Positions 1 through 13,890 are shown, counted from the first letter of the stretch. The stretch is 64,000 nt of DNA from Eledone cirrhosa (GCA_964016885.1 OZ024761.1:21762001-21826000), one strand, 5' to 3'. Notes: generated by a model not told the origin, from the sequence alone. A program made the numbers and translations.

Positions 1-56
1 GAGAATGTAAGGACACAGTTCTTCAAATATAGATACCTGGCAAAATTTATACATGT

Positions 57-282
57 ATATATGTAGGGGACATATGTACATGGGATATATATATATATAT
101 ATATATAGGGGACATATATACATGGGATATATATATATATATATGTATAGGGGACATATATACATGGGATATATATATATATATATATATAGGGGACATA
201 TATACATGGGATATATATATATATATATGTAGGGGGCATATGTACATGGGATATATATATATATAGGGGACATATGTACATG

Positions 283-320
<38 letters not shown>

Positions 321-1015
321 GTAGGGGGCATATATACATGGGATATATATATATATATATGTATATATATGTATATATATATATATATATATGTAGGGGG
401 CATATATACATGGGATATATATATATATATGTATATATATGTATATATATATATATATGTAGGGGGCATATATACATGGGATATATATATATATATATGT
501 ATATATATGTATATATATATATATATGTAGGGGGCATATATACATGGGATATATATATATATATATGTATATATATGTATATATATATATATATATATGT
601 AGGGGGCATATATACATGGGATATATATATATATATGTATATATGTATATATATATATGTAGGGGGCATATATACATGGGATATATATATATATATGTAT
701 ATATATGTATATATATATATATATGTAGGGGGCATATATACATGGGATATATATATATATATATATATAGGGGACATATATATAGTTTCAGAAGATCCCG
801 TTAAGGGTGAAAGCAGAGATTCTTTGCTTAAACTTTAATCTGTTATTTTAATAAATCTTTGCTCTACGGTTCTTATATATTTTATATATATTTATATATT
901 TGATATATATTTATATATTTGATATATATTTATCCTTATCGAGCCCTCTTTGGATTTTAGTCTTCACATTTATTATTATTACTATATATATATATGGGGG
1001 ACATATATACATGGG

Positions 1016-1103
<88 letters not shown>

Positions 1104-1119
1104 GACATATATACATGGG

Positions 1120-1165
<46 letters not shown>

Positions 1166-1181
1166 GACATATATACATGGG

Positions 1182-1217
<36 letters not shown>

Positions 1218-1222
1218 GACAT
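57..1222. repeat. Compound array: AGGGG(G/A)CATATATACATGGG units separated by variable (TA)n
   Basis: Unit repeated about 17 times, interrupted by a dispersed element at 784-981. Confidence 0.9.
784..981 (+). mobile_element. Penelope-like pLTR fragment with degenerate hammerhead-like core; inverted sibling at about 34921-35083
   Basis: CAGAAGATCCCGTTAAGGGTGAAAGC...CCTTATCGAGCCCTCTTTGGATTTTAGTCTTCACATT occurs as a reverse complement at 34.9-35.1 kb; both copies sit in (TA)n. Confidence 0.55.
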
Positions 1223-1500
1223 TCTTATTAAAACAATAAAAATAATAAAAATATTAATAATGATAATAATTGCATTTATTTGTGACAAGGGAGCTGGTTG
1301 AAGGGGACATTATGTTGTATATAGTGTGGTGGGGTTACATGGAGATATAATGTTTAAAATATTAAAATAAAAATATTTGTATATATTTATATATATACAC
1401 ACACACACAGACATATATATATACAAGGTGTCCCTCAAATATGTATACACACTTTCATTACCTGTACAATGAATATTGCCTCGGACGTTTTGTTGATATA

Positions 1501-1606
<106 letters not shown>

Positions 1607-1609
1607 CAC

Positions 1610-1721
<112 letters not shown>

Positions 1722-2711
1722 GAGAATGGAGGTGGTAAAAACCAGAACACACACACACACAGACATACAATTATTTTCTGTTATAGGCACCTTGTATGAT
1801 TTTGATTGTATCAGTGACTGCATTAGCACCAGTTGCACTTGAACTCCACAGTTTATGGGTCAGACATTCCATGACCCTTAATCCATGGGACCTTAACTGT
1901 TGGTGGAGTCATAGGGATGCTGTTGTCATGATATACTGTATGTCATGGACACTTTAAACCTTGCAGAGCCCTTCACTTCTCTAAGTCTGAACGCTGCTGA
2001 TTTTATCAAGAGAAGAAGGCAGAGGGAATGGGAGTGAGAAAGAGATATAGAAGAGGAATTGACCCCAGCACTTGACTGGTATTTTCTTTTTAATGAACTA
2101 GGACTCGACCTTGAAAGGATGAAAGGTAAAGTTAACCTCGACAAGCTGAAATGTGTAACTCCAAACTTTCTCTGCAGCACTCTGATGATTCTGTCAATTC
2201 ACTAATTCTGTCACACGAGCAACACTTCCACAGGGTGTAACCTTGATAGACGTAGCCACACTGGCTAAAACACTTTGATGAATTTGCTTTTGAAGGTAGA
2301 ATCTAGAAATATATATCGTAAAATATAAAATAATTTTTTTTCCTCTTTAATCACCGAGGGACGGGCTGCTTTACTCAAGGGAGGGCAGTGACTCCTTAAT
2401 AGGGAGGGAAGAGGTTATGTCACTTTAAGTGGGGAGGGGAGAGGCAGTGCTACTTTAATAATGAGGGCATTTACATATGGATCCCTCTAATAGTTTTATT
2501 AATCCACTTACTGGGACTCATAAACAAATTAAGGATCAGCACTCGATATAAAGTGTGGTCCTTAAAAAATGGAGTTATAATGCAGCCCTTAAAAAGACAC
2601 AATGTGATAAGAAGATATTTACATTTATTGTACCATGTTTAACATGAACGACTGCTCTGGCAAACACACACATGTATATATATATATACATATATAAATA
2701 TATATATAATA

Positions 2712-2790
<79 letters not shown>

Positions 2791-3155
2791 GCCTGTGTGC
2801 ATATGGTGAGGGACTGAACTTAGAGTGGTTTTGAAGGAAGAGGGTGAGTGAAAGAGTGAAGTAAGATACAGAGATGGAGAGCGAGATAGAAAGGGTGAAG
2901 TAGGAAACCCTGACTTACTCTCCGCACCAGACCACCCACCCCAACCCAGGACAAAGGCTGATGAGGGATCAATGTATTTTACATATGAGAACTTGGGGTG
3001 GGAATGTTTGGGGGAGAGGGGAGGGATATGGCATCGGATGATGTGAAAATGAAGACAAAGACTTGGATGTCTTTGTCTTAGCACCAAGTAAATATAGAAT
3101 AGACTGGAATGAACTCCACAACATCACATCCGATTGGTCATTCCGTCAGTGTTCA

Positions 3156-3164
3156 TTAGTTGAT
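3156..3164 (-). CDS. INPP5K: INPP5K probable terminal coding exon (IN-stop, then 3' UTR)
   Basis: Strong acceptor CTATTTACTCTTTATCTTCCACAG followed by ATC AAC TAA TGA; Ile completes the SKICH F-x-I end; AATAAA candidates on the minus strand at 2624-2629 and 2495-2500. Confidence 0.7.
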   Translation of the reverse strand: MN

Positions 3165-3198
3165 CTGTGGAAGATAAAGAGTAAATAGTGAGAGTTGA

Positions 3199-4378
3199 GA
3201 GGTGTATATATAGAGGAGAGGTGTGTATATAGGGAAGAGGTGTGTATATAGAGGAGAGGCGTGTATATAGGGAAGAGGTGTGTATATAGAGGAGAGATGT
3301 GTATATAGGGAAGAGGTGTGTATATAGGGAAGAGGTGTGTATATAGAAAAGAGGTGTGTATATAGGGAAGAGGTGTGTATATAGGGAAGAGGTGTGTATA
3401 TAGAGGAGAGGTGTGTATATAGGGAAGAGGTGTGTATATAGGGAAGAGGTGTGTATATAGAGGAGAGGTGTGTATATAGGGAAGAGGTGTGTATATAGGG
3501 AAGAGGTGTGTATATAGGGAAGAGGTGTATATAGAGGGAAGAGGTGTATATAGAGGAGAGGTGTGTATATAGGGAAGAGGTGTCTATATAGAGGTGTGTA
3601 TATAGGGAAGAGGTGTGTATATAGAGGAGAGGTGTGTATATAGGGAAGAGGTGTGTATATAGGGAAGAGGTGTATATAGAGGGAAGAGGTGTATATAGAG
3701 GGAAGAGGTGTATATATAGAGGGAAGAGGTGTATATATAGGGAAGAGGTGTATATAGAGGAGAGGTGTGTATATAGGGAAGAGGTGTATATAGAGGGAAG
3801 AGGTGTATATAGAGGGAAGAGGTGTATATAGAGGGAAGAGGTGTGTATATAGGGAAGAGGTGTGTATATAGGGAAGAGGTGTATATAGAGGGAAGAGGTG
3901 TATATATAGAGGGAAGAGGTGTGTATATAGGGAAGAGGTGTATATATAGAGGGAAGAGGTGTGTATATAGGGAAGAGGTGTGTATATAGGGAAGAGGTGT
4001 ATATAGAGGGAAGAGGTGTATATAGAGGAGAGGTGTGTATATAGGGAAGAGGTGTCTATATAGAGGTGTGTATATAGGGAAGAGGTGTGTATATAGAGGA
4101 GAGGTGTGTATATAGGGAAGAGGTGTGTATATAGGGAAGAGGTGTATATAGAGGGAAGAGGTGTATATAGAGGGAAGAGGTGTATATATAGAGGGAAGAG
4201 GTGTATATATAGGGAAGAGGTGTATATAGAGGAGAGGTGTGTATATAGGGAAGAGGTGTGTATATAGGGAAGAGGTGTGTATATAGGGAAGAGGTGTGTA
4301 TATAGGGAAGAGGTGTATATAGAGGGAAGAGGTGTGTATATAGGGAAGAGGGGTGTATATAGGGAAGAGGTGTATATA
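3199..4378. repeat. About 20-bp purine-rich minisatellite (GTGTATATAGGGAAGAG variants) in the last INPP5K intron
   Basis: Direct inspection; source of the spurious 426-aa ORF. Confidence 0.95.
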
Positions 4379-4436
4379 TATATCAGAAGCAGTAGCAGAA
4401 ACATTTAGCGTCTAGTTTTTTTTTTTACATATTTAC

Positions 4437-4606
4437 ATGGATTAAACTGTCACATGTGGCTAGACAGGTCAGGTGACCATGGGTTAAACTGTCACATGTG
4501 GCTAGACAGGTCAGGTGACCATGGGTTAAACTGTCACATGAGGCTAAACAGGTCAGGTGACCATGGGTTAAACTGTCACATGAGGCTAAACAGGTCAGGT
4601 GACCAC
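4437..4606. repeat. 42-bp tandem repeat, about 4 copies
   Basis: ATGGGTTAAACTGTCACATG(T/A)GGCTA(G/A)ACAGGTCAGGTGACC. Confidence 0.9.
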
Positions 4607-4759
4607 ATCTTGCTTGTACACCCATTCTGGCTTGGTTTCTAGAGCTGAATTCCCTTCCTAGTGTCAACTAATTTATAGCATATCTTGGGAGCATCACTCT
4701 GGTACTACCACTATACAGAGTGGACTGGGTGCTGTTTGTATATGTATATATGCACACAC

Positions 4760-5300
4760 TTATCTTGTGACACTAAACTCCATCAGTTGCAGACTGCACA
4801 TTAACATGTGATATCTCCACAAAGTTCGATCACCAGCAGCAGAGTTCAAATAGCAAAGACCAAGTCCAGTCCATAAGTTGACATTGTCAAGCCATCGTTT
4901 TGGCTGCCGGCCTCTGCTTCTCTTACCAGCCAACCTTCCTTCCAGGCATAACCTACTCACACCACGAGTTGATCTTTTTATATGACCCTATAGTTTGAGT
5001 ACTTTTGACTTGACAATTGATGTAATTGGTCTAAGTTTGGTAATGTTGAGCAGCTCACTGATACAGATACGGTCGCTGAGCTGCTTGCCAGTCATAAGTC
5101 TCGTGATGTGGTTCTGGAATGTAGAGAACTTCTGAAGTGACCTTGTCGTCCAATTAACACAGTTAAGACTATATAACACAACTGGTAGGATGTAAATATC
5201 AAAGATCTTAGCCTTCAAATGATAGGAAACTAGTTTTGATGTTAGTACTTCCTTGTTCTTGTTGAAAGTTGCCCAACCTAGAGTGATTTGATATTGAGCG
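4760..5300 (-). mobile_element. Degenerate RTE-type LINE 3' fragment (C-terminal part of RT ORF)
   Basis: KAKIFDIYILPVVLYS... and GKRSRGRQPKRWLDNV...DRTLWR, typical RTE C-terminus, with stops. Confidence 0.75.
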
Positions 5301-5358
5301 ATTATTTATATATACACCTACACATGTAATAGAGAAATGAAAGAGATGTCTTACTCAC

Positions 5359-5544
5359 CAAAAACTCATTGCTCAGTCCTAACATTGTGTTCTTATACGA
5401 TCCGATGTATAGTAAGATATGGTTTCCTTTGAGATGGTTAAACTTGTGTTGTAGAAAGGTGACAGTTAATGGTTCTAATGTTGGTTCTGTGTTTGGTATC
5501 ACATATTCATAATCTTCATAGTTGTTGATGTTGGTGAAATCTTC
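5359..5544 (-). CDS. INPP5K: INPP5K exon 11, SKICH domain C-half (EDFTNINNYEDYEYV...LLYIGSYKNTMLGLSNEFL)
   Basis: CTTCCAG acceptor, GTGAGT donor; GxSxxF SKICH terminal motif. Confidence 0.92.
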
Positions 5545-5635
5545 CTGGAAGATCGTGGGAGAGAATGTGTAGTTGACAGTGATTAAAACAGAGGGTCTGA
5601 ATGTAAAGGGGAGAGAGGGAGGGGAGTACTAGGAA

Positions 5636-5701
<66 letters not shown>

Positions 5702-5744
5702 GGTGGTGGTAGTAGCAGTGGTGGTCCTGGTGGTGGTGGTGATG

Positions 5745-5788
<44 letters not shown>

Positions 5789-5923
5789 GGTGGTGGTGGT
5801 AGTAGTAGTAGTAGTAGCAGTAGTAGTAGTGGTGGTAGTAGTAGTTGTGTTGGTGGTGCAGGTGGTAGTAGTAGTAGTAGTGGTGGTGGAGGTAGTAGTA
5901 GTAGTAGTAGTAGTAGTAGTTAC

Positions 5924-6061
5924 CTTGTAAAGTCCAATCCAATCCCAGGTGGTGGGCTTGTATTTGTTGATGACAAATTTGACGACGACATTGGCCTTCA
6001 TTGTCCATTTCTTTTGTTCATGGAACATCACAGGAAGGGCGTTGGTCAAGAAGGACAGAAT
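5924..6061 (-). CDS. INPP5K: INPP5K exon 10, SKICH domain N-half (ILSFLTNALPVMF...TTWDWIGLYK)
   Basis: CCCTCTAG acceptor, AAG|GTAACT donor; DWIGLYK SKICH signature; phase 0 from exon 9 across a 17.9-kb intron. Confidence 0.92.
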
Positions 6062-6127
6062 CTAGAGGGTCAAATATATGGAACACTTTTATATTAATAT
6101 CAACAATAATAATGCCATTTTGTTTTG

Positions 6128-6161
<34 letters not shown>

Positions 6162-6227
6162 GATATATTTAAAGGAACATCAGACTTTCTCATAAGCCAT
6201 GTATAATCATTTTTCCATTAACACGAC

Positions 6228-6350
6228 AAGGGGTCTGACGATCCACGGATTACAGAGTCGGGTTAGATCGATACAGATCGAACCTTGAGCTGATCAGCGG
6301 TGAAACATGCTTCACCAACCAATAAACGTAATGAAGGAGTAACCATTTCA
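6228..6350 (+). mobile_element. Penelope-like pLTR fragment with hammerhead-like core; inverted sibling at about 11125-11305 and short copy at about 16085-16160
   Basis: CTGACGA...GAAACATGCTTC; siblings read GAAACGCGCGTC and GAAACGTGCGTC on the minus strand. Confidence 0.6.
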
Positions 6351-6749
6351 TGTCACAAAAACTGGTGATGGGCTTGCGTCCCGTCCTGGGAGGCGCGGGA
6401 TGAACGTACAAAGATTGCGTGTCCCAAGACCCTAAAGAGGGTTCGGAAGAAAGCAAATCTTGACATTATCCCTGATTTAAAATCTTTCTATCCATGGGAG
6501 ACTACTGCAATTAAGAAAAGAAATCGATCACGTACTAAGGGAGATAACACAGCTATCCCTATAGAAAAAATGGCAAGTTATATTTACCAGGCATTTTAAA
6601 TTTATATCTGTACATATACAGGACAGAATTTAACCAGGACTGCGTAAATATATATATAGATATAAGCAGTGACTATACTCTTTAGAATAACATTACATGA
6701 TAGAATGTGTAGCTTGGAGATGAGGGAGTCGTTCCTGGTAGAGCTGCTA

Positions 6750-6990
6750 CTTCTCTGAATTGAGGGATCACAGCTCCAATACTACAAATATGTGGTCAGA
6801 ATGTCTGAGGAAAGAATTACTGGACAGATTTTCAGGCAAAACCAACCGACAGGAGAACTAGAGGAACACCATGAGCAAGATGGTTGGATAACATCCGCAA
6901 TTTAGGTTGGTCCCGCTTGAGGATCCAGCTGGAGCAATTGAAGGCAGTTGTTTCTGACAAAATCCATTGGAAGGAGTGTTTGAGGACTTT
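6750..6990 (+). mobile_element. Degenerate RTE-like LINE 3' fragment
   Basis: ...RGTP*ARWLDNIR...SDKIHWK, C-terminal RTE-like motif with stops. Confidence 0.5.
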
Positions 6991-8665
6991 ATAGACATAT
7001 ATACATGTTTCGGTTAACTCTTTTGTTACCATATTTCTAATGAAATACAGTGAAATTAAAGAATGTGAAGAGATTTAGTAATGTAACTAACTATCCTATC
7101 ATTAAGTTAGTGCCTGGAACATAACTTAATAAAGGTTCTTACATAACATTATGGTGGAAGGTTTTTAGAGAAATATATACACTTTAAAATAAACAGTTTT
7201 GTATCACAGAAATAGCGATGATGATGAAAAGATATATATACATATACATACATATATATATAAACCATCATTATTTTGACATCTTCTTTCCCATGCAGGT
7301 ATGAATCAGACGAGGTATTTTACAGCTGAAATGCCTTCCTGAAGCCAACCCTATTCATTGCCTCTCATGACATAGAGATCCACAGCTGTAACTCTGCTTT
7401 TAATCATTGTACTTATCTCATTAGCTGTAGTATTTACAATTACCAAAACTCTTAACTGTCGACAGACCAGTCCACCTAGCTGTAAGTAGGTACCACAGTG
7501 TGGTATACTTCACTGTACTGTGTCTATAACAAAGACACAGCTAGGTGGACTGTTGACAGTTAAGTGTCTTGGTCATGGACACATACAGGGAGCTTATACC
7601 ACACTGTGGTACCTACTTACAGCTAGGTGGACTGGACTGTCAACATAAGCCAAACGTGGTGTGTTGAACATGTGAAGTATTCCTCCAGCATATAGAGAGG
7701 AGTACACCGAAATATCAGAGATATATTGAGGATATAGTCTGACAAAGGGAGCAGGTGTGTCCCGAAGTTGTCCAAATGTAGACATGTGTGACATGAAGAG
7801 AGGGGCTGGGTCTCAAGGTGGTCTAAATTTAGACGTGTGTAACACGAAAATGGTTGATTTATTAGTGTCATCATCATCATCATCATCTTTTAACGTCTAT
7901 CTTCCACGCTAGCATGGGTTAGACGGAAGTTGTCCCACTTGAGGCAAGGTTGGTTGGGTGACCGTGTCTCATTCGTATAGGACTATCTGGCAGGTTTTCT
8001 AAGGCTGGATGCCCTTCCTAACACCAACCGCATTTACAGTGTGGAACTGGGAACTTTTTACCGTGTTACCTACACGGCCACATTACAGTGTGGACTGTGT
8101 GTTTTTGTCGTGACACCTACACAACCTCATTAGTTTGGACCTGGATGTTGTGGTACCAACATAACTTTACAGAGAAAGGGTGGTGTTGGTGGGAGTGGGA
8201 GGATGGGGTGGGGTGTATGTTTGGTTTGGAGGTGCCTACTGACTGTAGGTGAACTTTGCACATAGGGAAGGCAGGTTTTCTGTAATACTGCACGGCGCCA
8301 AAGATCTCTATCCAGTGGCGTTGTCTTAGAGAGGTGCAAGTGTGCCAGTTCAACAACTCCATCTCCTCTAACTTATTATAACACTCCAAAACTCCATGTC
8401 TACATCTCTTAGTAGATGCAATATGGCCAAATGGTTAAGTGGTTTACTTCACAATCATTATGTCCCAGGTTCAATCCCACATCTACCCTAACTTCAGGTT
8501 GACCAAAGTCTTGTGGGTGAAATTAAGTACAAGTAAACTGTTTGGAAGCCTGTACCTGTAATTCGAAGATCAAGCCTGGTTGCTCACTGTGTGATGCTGA
8601 ATCTCCCTGAGATTTATTTTAAGGGTACACATGTCATTGGAATGTGCAGCCCCTTACATAATATA

Positions 8666-8855
8666 ATTGTTTCTACTTTTGGCACAAGGCCAGCAATTAT
8701 CCCAGTGCATTACTGGTACTTTATTTTATCAAGCCCGTAAGGACGAAAGGCAAAGTTAACCCCGGCGAGATTTGAACTCAGACCGTAAAGGGCCGTAACT
8801 CTATGCTGTAAAGCATGGCGTCCAACCTTCTACCCATAGTGCCAATCCACTGCCT
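8666..8855 (-). mobile_element. tRNA-derived SINE family B (other copies near 10468-10670, 42640-42800, 45375-45565, 56430-56610; opposite orientation 62214-62410; degenerate 2060-2200)
   Basis: Shared CTGGTACTTTATTTTATC...GATGAAAGGCAAAGTTAACC...ATTTGAACTCAG core; B-box-like GAGTTCAAAT on the element strand. Confidence 0.85.
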
Positions 8856-8856
8856 T

Positions 8857-9202
8857 CATCATCATCATCATCATTTCATTTTACGTCCACTTTTCCCTGC
8901 TTGCAAGGGTGGGACGGGAACTGATTCTGGCTTGATTACAACAGCTGGATGCCATTCCTAACACCAACCTCATTTACAGTGAGTGCTGGGTGCTTTTTTG
9001 GCGTGGCACCTCCAAGACCACTTTGCAGTGGAATGATAGGGACCCCAGTCCCTATCATCTCATTTGTACAGCTGAGTAAACTGGAGCAATGTGAAATAAA
9101 GTGTCTTGCTCAAGGAAACAACACATCACCCGGTCTGAGAATTGAACTCACAACCTTTCGATTGCAAGGCCAATGCTCTAACCACTAAGCCATGTGCCTC
9201 CA
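8857..9202 (-). mobile_element. tRNA-derived SINE family A, full length, followed by a tandem duplication of its head (to 9244)
   Basis: Element strand begins TGGAGGCACATGGCTTAGTGGTTAGAGC (A box)...GAGTTCAATTC (B box) and ends in (ATG)n; near-identical copies elsewhere in the window. Confidence 0.9.
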
Positions 9203-9716
9203 CTTGCAAGGCCAATGCTCTAACCACAAAGCCATGTGCCTCCACATGTGCCTTACATTATATAATACAACATGGCCTCTACCTGCATGTCATAAGGCCA
9301 GTATTATTACATGGTGTCATGCAGAATCTCCCTGAGAATTATATTTTGCACACACGTATCTGTGGAATTATCAGCCACTTACACTATAAAATGAGATCCA
9401 TTGTACCTATAATTCAAAGGGTCAACCTTGCCGCCAAAACTGTTATGCTGAATAAAATGTATTTTAATGGTTCAAATATTACAATTTCATGGCTCAAATG
9501 TTTTATTTCCATGAATCAAATGTTACATTTTGATTGCTCAAATGTTTCATTTTCATGGCTCAACCATCTGCTCAGGCTTTCACTCTGGTAAGGTTTCTGA
9601 ATAAACTAACTGCTGCCATATCTTTTCCTGTTGATCTTACTGTTCAGATCTAGCTGTCAAAACAGCCGGAGCTCACCCATTGAGGTCCTGACTCTTATAT
9701 ATATATAGAGAGAGAG

Positions 9717-9933
9717 AGAAGTGGTTACACAACAGTTAGTTCACCATACCAAGAACAATTGTTTCACCTTAGCGGATCCTCAGCTTGTAATGGACCATTA
9801 CGAGCTGAGGATCCGCTAAGGTGAAACAATTGTTCTCGGTATGTTGAACTAACTGTTGTGTAACCACTTCTACCAAACTCGTCCCATGGACTGAGTGCTC
9901 TACCACTACGGATATTACCTTCCAGTGTTCTAC

Positions 9934-9940
<7 letters not shown>
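9717..9940. mobile_element. Fold-back Penelope-like element: 77-bp-arm hairpin (9717-9871) with hammerhead cores on both strands plus a unique tail; siblings at about 26968-27164 and 34718-34860
   Basis: CTGAGGA-tccgctaaggt-GAAAC-aatt-GTT with flanking stem I; same tail (GTCCCATGGACTGAGTGCTCTACCACTAC-like) in the siblings. Confidence 0.75.
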
Positions 9941-10016
<76 letters not shown>

Positions 10017-10295
10017 GAGGGAGAGAGAGAGATAGATATATAGTAGAAATGGGGACAAACCTTGGTAGAGTCAGAGCACTTTACACAATAATTTCATTAT
10101 TATATTGATATTATATTGATATTTTGAAAAAAAAAAAAAGAATGATTTCACTGGTAGTTGGAATTCTTTAATAATCCAATATATTACAACACATTATTGT
10201 TAGTAATTCTTGTTAACTTCAGTGGAGACTTTCTCACATTCAGCAGCAATTGTCAAACTGGTTTATTATGTCTGATATTTTGATGATATATATAG

Positions 10296-10799
10296 CAGAG
10301 GTTCTCAAACGTTTTGGGTCACTCCCCACCCCAACGACCACATAATACCCTCACCACCAACCCCCCACCCTCACGGCCACGTAATACCCTCAGTAGCACC
10401 AACCCCCAACCCTATTTCCAGAGACACCTGCCTACATGAAAATTGTAAATAATATATAATAAATAAAATGGTTTCTTATATAGGCACAAGGCCAGCAATT
10501 TTGGGGGGAGGGGAAAGTCGATTAAATCGACCCCAGTGCGTGACTGGTACTTTATTTTATAGACCCCGTAAGGATGAAAGGCAAAGTTAACCCCGGACCG
10601 CAAAGGGCCATAACTCTATGCTACGAAACATGGCGTCAGACCCTCTACCGGTACTGCCAACTCACCACCTCTCTTTATACATAATTTATATCATATGATA
10701 TTTAATATACTGTTATATCATCTCTTAGGTCCCAGTGCCCCCACTGGACCTTCTCAAGGCTCCCTGGCAAGGGAGTAGCATCCACTTTGAGAACCTCTG
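10296..10799. mobile_element. hAT/Charlie-like MITE with a nested SINE B
   Basis: Terminal inverted repeats CAGAGGTTCTCAAA / TTTGAGAACCTCTG. Confidence 0.7.
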
Positions 10800-11329
10800 C
10801 TATATATAGTCAGGGCTTGTGTCGGGGGTGGTGATAATGAGGGTGGGGCAACAATAAAAGTGTGCGGACAAATGACAAAAATTGTGTGCAAATCAAGGTC
10901 ATGCATACAGGAGAGCGAACATGTATATGTAGAGGTTTATATGTGTGTATGTGTGTGTGTGCATGAATGTGTATGTATGTATGTATGTATGTATTTATAT
11001 ATATGTATGACTGTCTATATATATATATAATAATTGTTTCTACGTTAGGCACAAGACCAGCAATTACCCCAGTACATTACTGGTACTTTATTTTATATAT
11101 ATATATATATAATAATACAAGGACGAATGGTTAACCCTTCATTACGTTTATTGGTTGGTGACGCGCGTTTCGCTATTGATCAGCTCAAGGTTCGATTTGT
11201 ATTGATCTGGCCCGACTCTGCAGTCAAAATCTCATCGGACCTCTGCTGTTGTAGTAGTGCTCACCTGGGTGAACCTACAGTCATTTCACGTTACACTCCC
11301 TGGATATATATATATATATATATATATAT

Positions 11330-11595
11330 AAGTTTACCCCGGGTTCAATCGGAGGTAACCACAGTAAGTAAGGTACTCAATACATAGCAGAGTATAAATA
11401 TTTAATATAGAAATGGCTTCTACAGGACTAGAACTGTTTCATTCGGAGGAAATCATTAGGAAGCCCTGATGATTTCTCCCAAATGAATCAGTTCTAGTCC
11501 TGTAGAAGCCATTTCTATATTAAATATTTATACTCTGCTATGTATTGAGTACTTTACTTACTGTGGTTACCTCCGATTGAACCCGGGGTAAACTT
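11330..11595. mobile_element. Fold-back element with 131-bp arms and hammerhead-like cores at the apex; sibling at 21384-21669
   Basis: Inverted arms around an AAGC loop (11461-11464); CTGATGA-tttctcccaaat-GAA on plus, CTAATGA...GAAACAGTTCTAGTC on minus. Confidence 0.7.
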
Positions 11596-11684
11596 ATATA
11601 CATGCATATATATGTATATGTGTGTGTATATATATATATATCATCATCATCATCATTTTACGTCCGCTTTCCCCTGCTTGCAAG

Positions 11685-11721
<37 letters not shown>

Positions 11722-11722
11722 T

Positions 11723-11803
<81 letters not shown>

Positions 11804-11848
11804 TATATGTGTGTGTGTGTGTGTATATATGTATGTATGTCTATATAC

Positions 11849-11882
<34 letters not shown>

Positions 11883-12593
11883 ATATATGTATGTATGTCT
11901 ATATACATATATATATATATATATATGTGTGTGTGTAACATTTATAATTTTGGTTTCATTATATTTTTTTACTATTTTATTGAGGGGAGGAATTCTTTCA
12001 CCAATGTTCATTCAACTCCTTTAACCCTCTCTGAAGCCCCACCACCCCTACATCTTCCCCACCACCCCCACCACCCCCAACTCTCCCCCACCACCCTCCC
12101 CCCTCCCCCCAATACAGTTCTCAATTTATCACTTTTGTTTCTATTTCCTCATCACCAAATGATGACACAAACTTTTCACTCGATTTACTCACATTTTCTT
12201 CATTTCTACCCACAAGTGGTTGGTGACAGGAAAGGCATCCAGCTGTAGAAAGCTTCTCAAACAAAGGGTTGGGAGGACCCCTTAATTGTGTCAAGGACAT
12301 GACAACCTCCCTAGTGTTGGTGATCTACATAATAAACACACCCAGTACACTCTGTATAGTGGTTGGTGTTAGGAAGGGCATCCAGCTGTAGGATCCTTCA
12401 GTTTGTGTCAAAAGACTTGACAATTCCTCCTCTGCACTCGATATGACCATACATAAGTGGAATACAGTCCCTCTCGGCCCATCTGGGAGGTCAGTGACCC
12501 CACTTCAGTACAGATGATGATGATGATGATGACACAATTTTTTCCTTTATACACACACGTATCACACCTCCCCTCCCCTGACTCCAGTGCAGG

Positions 12594-12640
<47 letters not shown>

Positions 12641-12967
12641 AAGAGTGAAGAATAACATGGTCGGCTGTACAAGAAGGGTTTTATTTACAGTATTAACAAT
12701 TGTTTCATTGATCAGGTGAGTCTAGAGGTCACTAATCACTCGAAGTTGCGTCACTCGACCTTAAATACAGTGGGTGTCTCTGATCAAATCATTGAGTACT
12801 CACAACCTCTAACTGGATTACCTAAAATGATAACTTGTTATCCCGTATATGTATATATTGATTTTTAATGCAATGAAATATCTATGATCTTCGGCAAATC
12901 ACTGATGAGGGACTTATTTTATTACATGTTACCATGTGCGACCTGCAGTATTTTTCTCTATATTTTA

Positions 12968-13014
<47 letters not shown>

Positions 13015-13079
13015 CTTGCAAGCAGGGAAAAGCAGACGTAAAGTGATGATGATGATATATAAAAAGATTCAGACCCCCA

Positions 13080-13223
13080 ACAGCTGAGCTCCGGCCGTTA
13101 CTGTCGAAATGACCAGAGTTCAGCCATCGGGGTCCTGAATCTTTTCCTATTTCCCACTCTACTACCCCAAGTATTGAGTACTCTGGTGGGTTACGGTCCA
13201 CCTGGTATCTTACCACACCCTTG
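13080..13223. mobile_element. TA-embedded dispersed element (siblings at 9620-9695 and 40930-41268)
   Basis: GAAGGTGTGGTAAGATACCAGG...CCAGAGTACTCAATACTT...GGAAAAG...CAGGACCCCGA shared; internal inverted segments. Confidence 0.65.
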
Positions 13224-13224
13224 T

Positions 13225-13256
<32 letters not shown>

Positions 13257-13424
13257 CACACCATATATATATATTCACCATATATATACACACCATATAT
13301 ATACACACCATATACCATATATATATACATATACCATATATATATATATATATATACCATATATATATATACACACCATATATAGATATACACCATATAT
13401 AGATATACACCATATATATATATG

Positions 13425-13471
<47 letters not shown>

Positions 13472-13484
13472 ATATATATACACA

Positions 13485-13521
<37 letters not shown>

Positions 13522-13591
13522 ATATATATATATATACCATATATATATACACACCATATATATATATATATATACCATATATATATACACA

Positions 13592-13890
<299 letters not shown>

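Noticed and set aside
9130-9202. tRNA-like sequence with A and B boxes
   Set aside because: It is the head of a multi-copy SINE with body and (ATG)n tail; I could not see a proper acceptor stem.
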